In this document: positions 15,783 through 23,257 of the stretch, in pieces | How positions within the stretch are numbered: the first letter of the stretch is position 1 | Layout: each line of letters starts with the position of its first letter | Assembly: GCA_007375535.1 (NCBI GenBank) | Contig: VMEM01000005.1 | Span: 7,469-71,468 of the forward strand | DNA length: 64,000 nucleotides | From: Parcubacteria group bacterium LiPW_41 | GTDB taxonomy: Bacteria > Patescibacteriota > Minisyncoccia > UBA6257 > GWB1-50-10 | Direction: 5' to 3' | Made by a program: the position numbers and the translations under genes | Notes under the pieces: model-generated | What the model was told of the DNA's origin: nothing | Seen by the model: only the letters and a program-made list of their open reading frames with translations | Database searches by the model: none

Positions 15783-16754
15783 ATGTTAATCGACGACGTC
15801 ATAATCTCAGTACATGCAGGAAATGGCGGAAAAGGTTGTGTAGCATTCAATAAAAATGTGGGTAGTTTGGGTCCCGTCGGAGGAAGTGGCGGCCGAGGTG
15901 GTAACGTCTATTTTGAAGGAATTGCCGATTTAAATGCACTCCAACAGTTTAGAAATCAAAAGGTATTTAAAGCACAAAATGGTGAAGACGGAAAACCTCA
16001 ATTCAATGATGGTCATACCGGAGAAGATCTAACTATCAAAGTTCCCGTAGGGACAATTATTCATAATTCAGATATTGGTATGGATATGGAGATTTTAAAA
16101 ATTGGAGATCGCGTTGCGGTTGCAACAGGAGGAAAGGGAGGAAAAGGAAATTTTCATTTTCGTTCTTCGACAAATACGACGCCGACATATGCGCAAGCAG
16201 GACTTCCGGGGCAGTCATACAAACTTCGTTTGGAATTAAAGATGATTGCAGATGTTGGATTTATTGGTCTTCCAAATGCGGGCAAATCAAGTTTGTTAAA
16301 TGAACTAACAAAAGCTTCGGCAAAAGTTGCAAACTATCCATTCACCACTCTCGAACCAAACCTTGGTGTGTTTTTCGATCTTATTCTTGCAGACATTCCT
16401 GGACTCATTGAGGGCGCCTCAAGTGGAAAGGGGCTTGGTGCAAAGTTTTTGCGTCATGTAGAACGAACAAATACATTGTTTCATTTAATTTCTGCAGAAT
16501 CAGATGACGTAGTACGTGATTATGAAGTTATTCGTAATGAACTTGTTTCACACAACCCAGAACTTGCAGATAAAAAAGAGTATGTCTTTTTGAGTAAGTG
16601 TGATGTGGAGGATGACAAAGAAACAAAAAAGAAACTCACTGCATTAAAGAAAAGGAAGATTGTGGCTCAACCACTTTCAATTCTCGTTCCTGAAACCCTT
16701 GAAGTAGTAAAGAAAATTTTGGTTGAGATTCAAGATCAAAAACACAAAAAATAG
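15783..16754 (+). CDS. obg: GTPase Obg/CgtA.
   Basis: Obg fold N-terminus (VHAGNGGKGCVAF...GGSGGRGGNV) and G domain (GLPNAGKSSLLN, DIPGLIEGA). ATG 6 nt after TATACT. The longer track ORF from 15675 has a non-homologous extension. Confidence 0.85.
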   Translation: MLIDDVIISVHAGNGGKGCVAFNKNVGSLGPVGGSGGRGGNVYFEGIADLNALQQFRNQKVFKAQNGEDGKPQFNDGHTGEDLTIKVPVGTIIHNSDIGMDMEILKIGDRVAVATGGKGGKGNFHFRSSTNTTPTYAQAGLPGQSYKLRLELKMIADVGFIGLPNAGKSSLLNELTKASAKVANYPFTTLEPNLGVFFDLILADIPGLIEGASSGKGLGAKFLRHVERTNTLFHLISAESDDVVRDYEVIRNELVSHNPELADKKEYVFLSKCDVEDDKETKKKLTALKKRKIVAQPLSILVPETLEVVKKILVEIQDQKHKK

Positions 16755-16814
16755 TAGATGGTATAAGGTAGTAAGTATTACGTATAACTCACAAAAAATT
16801 GTTATAATAAATAC

Positions 16815-17456
16815 ATGAAGCTAAAACCATTTTTAACGTTTTTAGTCATAACGTTGTGTTTTGTTGTATTTTTACCAAACACATTTGCCTCAGGTGACTA
16901 CAAATTAAAGGTCTCAAAAGGTTGGAATCTTTTGACTTCGTTTGATACATTCGAGTTAGAAAGAGACGCAAAATACATTTTTCACTATTTTCCGTTATTA
17001 AATAAGTACGTACCAGGAAAACCAGATTTATCAGAAGGAGAGAAAAAGAAATTACTTGATGAATATCAAAGTAAGGGGGTGTCACTCGCTGATTTGCAAA
17101 ATTCATATTTACAAATTACAACATCCCGTTGGTATTATTTCACTGAGAATAAGGAATACAATATAAATATTTCTTCAGAATCTCCAAATCAGTGGAAGCT
17201 CTTTCAAGGTTGGAACTTCAAGTCAGTAACTGAATCAATGGTGGGAAAATCAATGTACGATTTTAAGGGGGATTGTAATATAACAAAATATTATGGGTTT
17301 GATGCAACGAATCAAAAATGGATTCCAATTGAAGGTCTTGATCGAAAATTCAAAAAGGATGAGCAAGGTGTTGGTTTTTTACTTAAGGTAGAAAAAAACT
17401 GTAAGCTCGGAGAATTCGTCGAAGTATCTCCAGAAGTTCCTGCATTACCAAATTAA
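16815..17456 (+). CDS. Hypothetical secreted protein (213 aa; ends ...PEVPALPN).
   Basis: Signal peptide-like N-terminus FLTFLVITLCFVVFLPNTFA. Confidence 0.55.
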   Translation: MKLKPFLTFLVITLCFVVFLPNTFASGDYKLKVSKGWNLLTSFDTFELERDAKYIFHYFPLLNKYVPGKPDLSEGEKKKLLDEYQSKGVSLADLQNSYLQITTSRWYYFTENKEYNINISSESPNQWKLFQGWNFKSVTESMVGKSMYDFKGDCNITKYYGFDATNQKWIPIEGLDRKFKKDEQGVGFLLKVEKNCKLGEFVEVSPEVPALPN

Positions 17457-17469
17457 CTTTTAACACAAT

Positions 17470-17649
17470 ATGTCTAAAACAAAAATTATCATATCTATTC
17501 TCGTAATTATTGTGGTATTAATAGCAATATATGCACTTCTTTCGTCACCATTACCAAAGGGTGTTGATAGTATTCTTCCATCTCCAACACAAGAAACGGT
17601 GGAAGTAAACGGAGAAACTATTCCGACTCCACCAGCATTACCAAATTAA
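17470..17649 (+). CDS. Possible small membrane protein (59 aa; ends ...PPALPN).
   Basis: ATG 14 nt after previous stop; single TM; shares C-terminal PALPN with the upstream protein. Below ORF-track threshold. Confidence 0.35.
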   Translation: MSKTKIIISILVIIVVLIAIYALLSSPLPKGVDSILPSPTQETVEVNGETIPTPPALPN

Positions 17650-17653
17650 AAAA

Positions 17654-17680
17654 ATCCCCGCACAAGCGGGGATTAAGTTA
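17654..17680. terminator. Bidirectional terminator (atccccgc-acaa-gcggggat).
   Basis: Between small ORF (+) and paralog F (-). Confidence 0.6.
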
Positions 17681-18064
17681 TTTTTTCTTTGGTGCAATAG
17701 GAGTTACATCACAATCTTCTGGGTCAACGACAAATATACATGCGTTTTTTCCTGTTTTTTTGAAAACCAGGTCCTTGTTTTCAATTAAGTACTTCTTTTG
17801 AAGTGAATCCTTGAACTTTGATTTTGGGACAGCATCGGGTCCAAAGCCGATAAATGTGCAGATACCCATCACAACTGGATCAAGAATTTCTACTTTGAAT
17901 TTTTTTCCTTTACTACTCTTTTTTAATAGCTTTCCTGTTCCTATGGTACACCCATAAGTTCTTTTGAATCTTTGAATGGGAATACTAATTGCCGCCTTTG
18001 TAAGACCTGGGGGATGGAAAACTCGTTCGTTTGTCGTGTTGTAAAAGAAACAATATACCACCAC
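17678..18064 (-). CDS. Small-protein paralog family member F (subfamily 2, basic tail APKKK).
   Basis: AAISIPIQRF..YGC, GKKFKVEILDP..G..IGFGPDAVP, CDVTPIAPKKK. AGGAGGC RBS. Confidence 0.65.
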   Translation of the reverse strand: MVVYCFFYNTTNERVFHPPGLTKAAISIPIQRFKRTYGCTIGTGKLLKKSSKGKKFKVEILDPVVMGICTFIGFGPDAVPKSKFKDSLQKKYLIENKDLVFKKTGKNACIFVVDPEDCDVTPIAPKKK

Positions 18065-18138
18065 TGCCTCCTAGTTTGTTGTAAAAGATATCCATAGAAT
18101 ATCACTGATTTTGACATATTGCAATACTTTTGTAATCA

Positions 18139-18183
18139 TGGTATAATATTTCCATATTTAACAATGATAAATAGGAGGCCGTA
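18139..18183 (+). promoter_or_regulatory. Same promoter/5'UTR cassette driving paralog E.
   Basis: catggtataatatttccatatttaacaatgataaataggaggcc. Confidence 0.55.
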
Positions 18184-18579
18184 ATGCCAAGAAAAAGACT
18201 TTACTTATACAATGCCTATAACAAAGAGTGGTTTATAGGTACTGGTGTGCGCTCGGGGGCACTTCTAACTTTTCCAATTGGTTCGTTGTATCGAACACAA
18301 GGGTGTGTTTACACTGACTCTAAGACTAAAAATCTTTTAGTCGAGGAAAATATCGGAAAGAAATTCAATATAGAATTTCTTGATCCTGTACGCGCAGAAA
18401 GTGTTAAATTTTGCGGAAGAGTATCATTAAGATTAAATTCATGTCTTCCAAAATATATGTATGCGCACATGCAAGAGAATAAGTTTTTTTACTTTTTTAA
18501 TTCATTCTTTGTTTTCAAAAAAGGAAGAGAATATATTGTGGTAAATACCAGACACATAGAGGCAAAGTTGGCGCATTAA
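18184..18579 (+). CDS. Small-protein paralog family member E (subfamily 1-like).
   Basis: LYLYNAYN..ALLTFPIGSL..QGC..GKKFNIEFLDP; cassette at 18139; divergent from member F. Confidence 0.65.
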   Translation: MPRKRLYLYNAYNKEWFIGTGVRSGALLTFPIGSLYRTQGCVYTDSKTKNLLVEENIGKKFNIEFLDPVRAESVKFCGRVSLRLNSCLPKYMYAHMQENKFFYFFNSFFVFKKGREYIVVNTRHIEAKLAH

Positions 18580-18745
18580 ATTTATTAAGACAACTTCCCC
18601 GTACGTACGGGGATTTTTTTATCTTTTATATACATTTTAGATTTTCTTTATTTATTTAAAAATTAAGAATTACAAAATTAAAAATTGTCTTTTTCTTTCA
18701 TTTGAAACTTGAAATTTGTAAATCGAAATTGATTTCATCCAATAC

Positions 18746-18780
18746 TTTATACTTTCTACGTTCTACTCTATACTATTTTT
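18746..18780 (+). promoter_or_regulatory. Leaderless promoter element of RF2-like gene (identical 31-nt element).
   Basis: See 15748..15782; -10 TATACT, then 6 nt, then GTG. Confidence 0.45.
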
Positions 18781-19467
18781 GTGCAGATAAACGAAAACTC
18801 AGTAACTCTCTCTGTTCTCGCTGGTGCAGGAGGGGACGACGCAAAAGATTGGGCAGAAATGCTTCTCAAGATGTACAAAAAAGACGCGGAACGCCGTGGC
18901 TGGAAATGTACAACCATTGATGACGAAATTATTGCGATAAAGGGAGCAGGTGCATATTCTCGACTTCAAAAAGAATCGGGCGTGCATCGATTGGTTCGCA
19001 TCTCTCCTTTTGATTCAAAAAAACTCCGCCATACCTCGTTTGCATTAGTTGAAGTACTTCCCGAAATTCCAGAAGTTGAATCTCGTAACATTCAGATACC
19101 AGAAAAAGATTTAAAAGTTGAATTTACTCGTGCAGGCGGTCCAGGCGGACAAAATGTAAATAAGGTAGAAACTGCAGTCCGAATGGTGCATCTTCCAACA
19201 GGTGTGGTAACTGCATCACGCGAAGAACGCTCTCAGGCAGCAAATCGTGACAGGGCACTTAATATGATGAAAGCAAAGTTGGTGCAACTTGCAGAGGCAC
19301 AACACACTAAGGATATCGCAAGCTTGAAAGTAAAAGTAAAACCAGAATGGGGACACGAAATCCGCTCATATGTCTTGCATCCATACAAACAGGTAAAAGA
19401 TCATAAAACAGGAAATAAAATAACAAAGGTAGACGAATTCCTCGCCGGAAATATTGATCTTCTCTAA
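18781..19467 (+). CDS. prfB: Peptide chain release factor 2-like protein lacking N-terminal domain 1 (domains 2-4 only).
   Basis: SPF tripeptide (RISPFDS) and GGQ ([12 protein letters not shown]); aligns to E. coli RF2 from about residue 120. GTG start 6 nt after TATACT; no upstream in-frame coding and no CUU-UGA frameshift site. Confidence 0.7.
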   Translation: MQINENSVTLSVLAGAGGDDAKDWAEMLLKMYKKDAERRGWKCTTIDDEIIAIKGAGAYSRLQKESGVHRLVRISPFDSKKLRHTSFALVEVLPEIPEVESRNIQIPEKDLKVEFTRAGGPGGQNVNKVETAVRMVHLPTGVVTASREERSQAANRDRALNMMKAKLVQLAEAQHTKDIASLKVKVKPEWGHEIRSYVLHPYKQVKDHKTGNKITKVDEFLAGNIDLL

Positions 19468-19557
19468 TTTTCGATTTTATATTTTTCCCTTTTTTGATAT
19501 TTGAATTTGTTTAGAATTTAGTGTTTCGATATTAGAGTTTTTACCGTCGTAGATTGT

Positions 19558-20025
19558 ATGTTGTATAGTTTATTTATGTACCCTATTGAATCATGTAATG
19601 AAGCATCAAATAAAATAGTACCCCCATCTCCAGAAGATATTTTGATATATAGGAATTCATTCTATTTTCAGTATCCTAAACTTTCATTTTTCGTTAGTCT
19701 TCTTTCCTTTTTCCCATTTGGTCTTTTTCTTCGTTCAATGATCATGAATGAAGAATATATGAAAACGTGTCCAGAACAAAAAAGAAATCTTTACACATTT
19801 TTTACTTCAGCGCTTTATACATTTACTGTATTCTTTTTTATTGCGGTGATATTTATGATTGTGTCTTTTTCATATAGTAATACATGGGTTGTCTCAGCAT
19901 TAGGTGCAATATGCTCATATATTTGTTATCTCTTATTTGGATTTCTTTATCGCTATCACAACAAGATTTTATTTGTGAAGCATCCCGCAGTAGCTCGAGC
20001 AAATGGTAGAGAGATAGAAAATTGA
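19558..20025 (+). CDS. Hypothetical membrane protein (155 aa).
   Basis: Multiple hydrophobic segments; terminator at 20028. Confidence 0.45.
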   Translation: MLYSLFMYPIESCNEASNKIVPPSPEDILIYRNSFYFQYPKLSFFVSLLSFFPFGLFLRSMIMNEEYMKTCPEQKRNLYTFFTSALYTFTVFFFIAVIFMIVSFSYSNTWVVSALGAICSYICYLLFGFLYRYHNKILFVKHPAVARANGREIEN

Positions 20026-20027
20026 AA

Positions 20028-20050
20028 ATCCCCGCATAAGCGGGGATTGA
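20028..20050. terminator. Bidirectional terminator (atccccgc-ataa-gcggggat).
   Basis: Between 19558 gene (+) and paralog G (-). Confidence 0.6.
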
Positions 20051-20051
20051 A

Positions 20052-20435
20052 TTATCTCTTTCTCTTTTTTATCAGGGTTAACTTACAGTGGTAGGGATCA
20101 ACAACAAAAATGCACTTGTTTTTTCCTTTAATTTTTTCGAACACAAGAAAGCTATGCTCGATTTGAGCAGGTGAATTTCGAAGCTGATTCTTGAATTTTG
20201 ATTCAGGAATTTGATCAAAGCCAACTCCTCGAAGTACACATCTACCCATCTCAACTGGGTCAAGTATGCGAACATTATATACTTTTCCAATCTTAAGCTT
20301 CATTCTAACAAATGAAGCACATCCAGGTGTTCTTTTAAATCTACTCAGTGGAATAGTTAACACTGCGGAAGGGAAGACGCGTGATTGTAGTGACAGTCTT
20401 CTGTTATTTAAAAATGAATATGCATAAAGCGCCAT
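20052..20435 (-). CDS. Small-protein paralog family member G (subfamily 2, basic tail KKRKR).
   Basis: AVLTIPLSRFKRTPGC, GKVYNVRILDP..G..GVGFDQIP, ...LIKKRKR. RBS AGGAGGCC. Confidence 0.65.
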   Translation of the reverse strand: MALYAYSFLNNRRLSLQSRVFPSAVLTIPLSRFKRTPGCASFVRMKLKIGKVYNVRILDPVEMGRCVLRGVGFDQIPESKFKNQLRNSPAQIEHSFLVFEKIKGKNKCIFVVDPYHCKLTLIKKRKR

Positions 20436-20589
20436 TGTGGCCTCCTTTTGTGGTGTTGTAAAAGATAACCTGACTATGCAATAAAACCCTCATTTTTGCA
20501 AGGAAAAGAGGGGAGAATTGGATACTTGCAAAATGGCGATATATGTGGTATAATTCAACCATTCTTTAACTTATTAATAGGAGACTCAA

Positions 20590-21027
20590 ATGAGAATCTT
20601 TGGATTAACCGCAAACTGGTTCAAGGCCCCAATCATTGTTGTGGTGGCTGAAAGTTTTCAAGCAGCACTCGAATTAAGTAAAGGGGCACTCAATAATGCC
20701 TTGTTGCCGTGGAGTGAGCCGAATGTAAAAGTTCTCTGGTCGTTTGAAACAACTTATTCATTGCCGACGGTAATGGAAATTCTCAAACCTGACTCAGACT
20801 CTTCAACTCGCATCTTGAAATGCATTGAACATAATTTTGTCCAATCTGAAAAAATCGGCGCAGGACCGAATGCGCGAATTTTTGTCTATTTAAACAGAAT
20901 GGAAATGTTTCCATATCTGTGTTCGTTCACACGGGATGGCTGGGTCGTTGATCCATCAACTGAGATGGACGAAGATGTAAGAAACGAAATTAAAAAATTT
21001 CTCAACGACAAATATCCAATCGGTTAA
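20590..21027 (+). CDS. Hypothetical protein (145 aa), first gene of a two-gene operon.
   Basis: TGgTATAAT..TTAAC..AATAGGAG cassette upstream; 10-nt gap to next ORF. Confidence 0.55.
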   Translation: MRIFGLTANWFKAPIIVVVAESFQAALELSKGALNNALLPWSEPNVKVLWSFETTYSLPTVMEILKPDSDSSTRILKCIEHNFVQSEKIGAGPNARIFVYLNRMEMFPYLCSFTRDGWVVDPSTEMDEDVRNEIKKFLNDKYPIG

Positions 21028-21036
21028 GGAGACAAA

Positions 21037-21720
21037 ATGAAATTAAAAGATTTCACTTACGAAATTTACCTTGCGATCTTGGATATTTATATCGAAGTTT
21101 GCGGTGGTCAATATTTGGCTAATTCGTTAAAAAACGAAACCAAATACAATGATCTTATTTCTGAGTTTGAATCTCGCTCGTCAATCGAACGAAGATTTGG
21201 ATCAAACCTTTGTAGTTTTTCGAAGCTCTGGATTCGCAGGGATTGGGATGACACACTAACCTTCTCATTTGATTCAAAACTTACCTCTGCAGAACGAAGA
21301 CGTCTTGCTGTGCGAGAAAAAGAAATGACGGAAAAATTCAATGCTCGAATTTCCGAATTTCTCACGACTCGTGATTTGTTTCAGAAGATTGAACAAGTAG
21401 ACAGGCATCAATTTAGCTGTAAAAACTATTACATGTTTGGTTTCAACTATAACGGTGGAACACCAGACGAAGTAATTGTTGAAAAACCAACATCAATTGA
21501 TGATAATACAATTCTTTTTCACTTTGATTATGGACACAAATCCCTTAGTGAATATATTAAAAAGGAAAATATCATTGCTGTTGGCGATGAAGACGGCGCT
21601 TTTGAAGTTGCTGGCTGGAACGGTAGATATTCCGTTCTGAACAAGCAAGAATTTCTTAAGCTTATTCAATCTGGCGCACTTGAAATCAAGAAGTGTCACG
21701 GTTTTGTAGAAGTTGATTGA
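21037..21720 (+). CDS. Hypothetical protein (227 aa).
   Basis: RBS AAGGAGA; terminator cccccgcaattgcgggg after stop. Confidence 0.55.
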   Translation: MKLKDFTYEIYLAILDIYIEVCGGQYLANSLKNETKYNDLISEFESRSSIERRFGSNLCSFSKLWIRRDWDDTLTFSFDSKLTSAERRRLAVREKEMTEKFNARISEFLTTRDLFQKIEQVDRHQFSCKNYYMFGFNYNGGTPDEVIVEKPTSIDDNTILFHFDYGHKSLSEYIKKENIIAVGDEDGAFEVAGWNGRYSVLNKQEFLKLIQSGALEIKKCHGFVEVD

Positions 21721-21817
21721 TAATTTTAACCCCCGCAATTGCGGGGTGTTTTTTTCTTCCATTTTTTAATTGATTAATTGGATATTGATTGAAAATTGCA
21801 AAATTATAATTGTAAAT

Positions 21818-21918
21818 TCTCCCTCTATTCAAAATCCGAAATTCGTCATTCTTAATTACTTTCTAGCTTTTGCGTTTCACTTTTGATGTTTGCATTTTGA
21901 ACTTTGCACTTCTTGTCG
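21818..21918. repeat. Mosaic intergenic repeat block (M1 plus M3) upstream of recQ.
   Basis: Contains ctccctctattcaaaatccgaaattcgtcattc then ttttgcgtttcacttttgatgtttgcattttgaactttgcac. Confidence 0.5.
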
Positions 21919-21957
21919 TATACTTCTACTGCATATCAATTCAGAATTTATCATTTA

Positions 21958-23154
21958 ATGCAGAATTTACACAAACAGTTAAAGGATCATTTCGGCTACG
22001 ACACATTCCGTCCACATCAAGAAGAAGTTATTCGCTCAATATTAGAAGGAAAAGATACAATGGCCTTGCTTCCTACGGGTGCGGGAAAATCATTGTGTTA
22101 TCAACTTCCTGCAATGATGTTCCCAGGGATAACGGTGGTGGTGTCTCCCTTAATTGCCCTTATGAAGGATCAGGTGGGTGCCCTAAAAACTGCAGGACTT
22201 CCGGCGGCATATTTGAATAGCAGTATGGGAAAAAAAGAAGAGCGGTTGGTGATGAATGCAATTGATAAGAAAGAAGTGAAGTTGTTGTATGTTGCCCCAG
22301 AACGATTGCTTAAACCAGATTTTCTAGGGTTTATGGCAGGGAGAGATATTTCTCTTATTGCGATTGATGAGGCGCATTGTATTTCAGAATGGGGTCATGA
22401 CTTTCGTCCTGAATACAGAAATTTATATACTATTAGGCAACATTGGAGTGGAGTTCCTGTCATTGCACTCACCGCAACAGCAACGCGAAAGGTTCGTGAA
22501 GATATCGTTCGCCAACTTGCATTTAGCGGACATACATCAGTAACGGGAAGTTTTAATCGTCCAAATTTATATTATGAAATTCGCGCAAAAGACAATGCAT
22601 TCTATGATATGTTGGATTATCTTGAGCGAAACAAGAAACATTCGGGAATTATTTATTGTCATAGCAGAGCATCTGCAGAACGTGTTGCAGAAGAATTAAC
22701 GCGCGATGGGGTTGAAGCGCTTCCATATCATGCGGGACTTACCACAAAAGAACGTACCGCAAATCAAGAACTATTTATGAGGGGTGGAGTGCGAGTTATT
22801 ACTGCAACAATTGCATTTGGTATGGGAATTGATAAATCAGATATTCGATTCGTATTCCATTATGATCTTCCAAAAAATATTGAAGGGTATTATCAAGAAA
22901 CAGGGAGAGCGGGGAGAGACGGAAAACCATCAAACTGTATTTTGTTTTATAGTCCACGCGATTTAATGAAACATCAATATTTCATAGATCAGATGGCGAA
23001 CCGAGGACGTGCTGCAGTGTGTGAAGCACAACTCAATGCAATCTCAACATTTTGTACTTCATATCGGTGTAGGCGTGGAATGATGCTTCAATATTTTGGC
23101 GAACAACCAAAACTCTCTAACTGTGGTGGTTGCGACATCTGCTCCCCTCGCTAA
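21958..23154 (+). CDS. recQ: ATP-dependent DNA helicase, RecQ family (short form, Zn-binding C-terminus, no HRDC).
   Basis: YGYDTFRPHQEEVI, LLPTGAGKSLCYQ (Walker A), DEAHCISEWGHDFRPEY, C-terminal CxxC cluster. Confidence 0.8.
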   Translation: MQNLHKQLKDHFGYDTFRPHQEEVIRSILEGKDTMALLPTGAGKSLCYQLPAMMFPGITVVVSPLIALMKDQVGALKTAGLPAAYLNSSMGKKEERLVMNAIDKKEVKLLYVAPERLLKPDFLGFMAGRDISLIAIDEAHCISEWGHDFRPEYRNLYTIRQHWSGVPVIALTATATRKVREDIVRQLAFSGHTSVTGSFNRPNLYYEIRAKDNAFYDMLDYLERNKKHSGIIYCHSRASAERVAEELTRDGVEALPYHAGLTTKERTANQELFMRGGVRVITATIAFGMGIDKSDIRFVFHYDLPKNIEGYYQETGRAGRDGKPSNCILFYSPRDLMKHQYFIDQMANRGRAAVCEAQLNAISTFCTSYRCRRGMMLQYFGEQPKLSNCGGCDICSPR

Positions 23155-23190
23155 ATTCAATTGAAACTTGAAATTTGTAAATTGAAATTT

Positions 23191-23212
23191 AACTTGCGCA
23201 TTCGCGCAAGTT
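23191..23212. promoter_or_regulatory. Palindromic operator-like site AACTTGCGC-att-GCGCAAGTT upstream of hypothetical gene 23258.
   Basis: Flanks (gaaacttgaaatt...ttattgtatt.tattttcattcatt.aca) are conserved with the 8974..9058 region. Confidence 0.45.
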
Positions 23213-23257
23213 ATTGTATTATATTTTCATTCATTCACAATCAAATAGAGGTAGGAA

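Noticed and set aside
18600-18780. Searched for an upstream RF2 domain-1 exon and a CUU-UGA +1 frameshift site.
   Set aside because: Upstream sequence is AT-rich repeat modules with stops in all frames. The RF2-like gene appears truly N-terminally truncated rather than frameshift-encoded.
21870-22220. Alternative-frame ORFs overlapping well-supported genes (for example 21870..22220 over recQ, 1058..1642 over the 636..1886 gene, 13133..13580 and 39749..41324 inside longer ORFs).
   Set aside because: Each overlaps a longer ORF with recognisable domain motifs, or a signal peptide on the chosen frame; classic shadow ORFs in AT-rich DNA.
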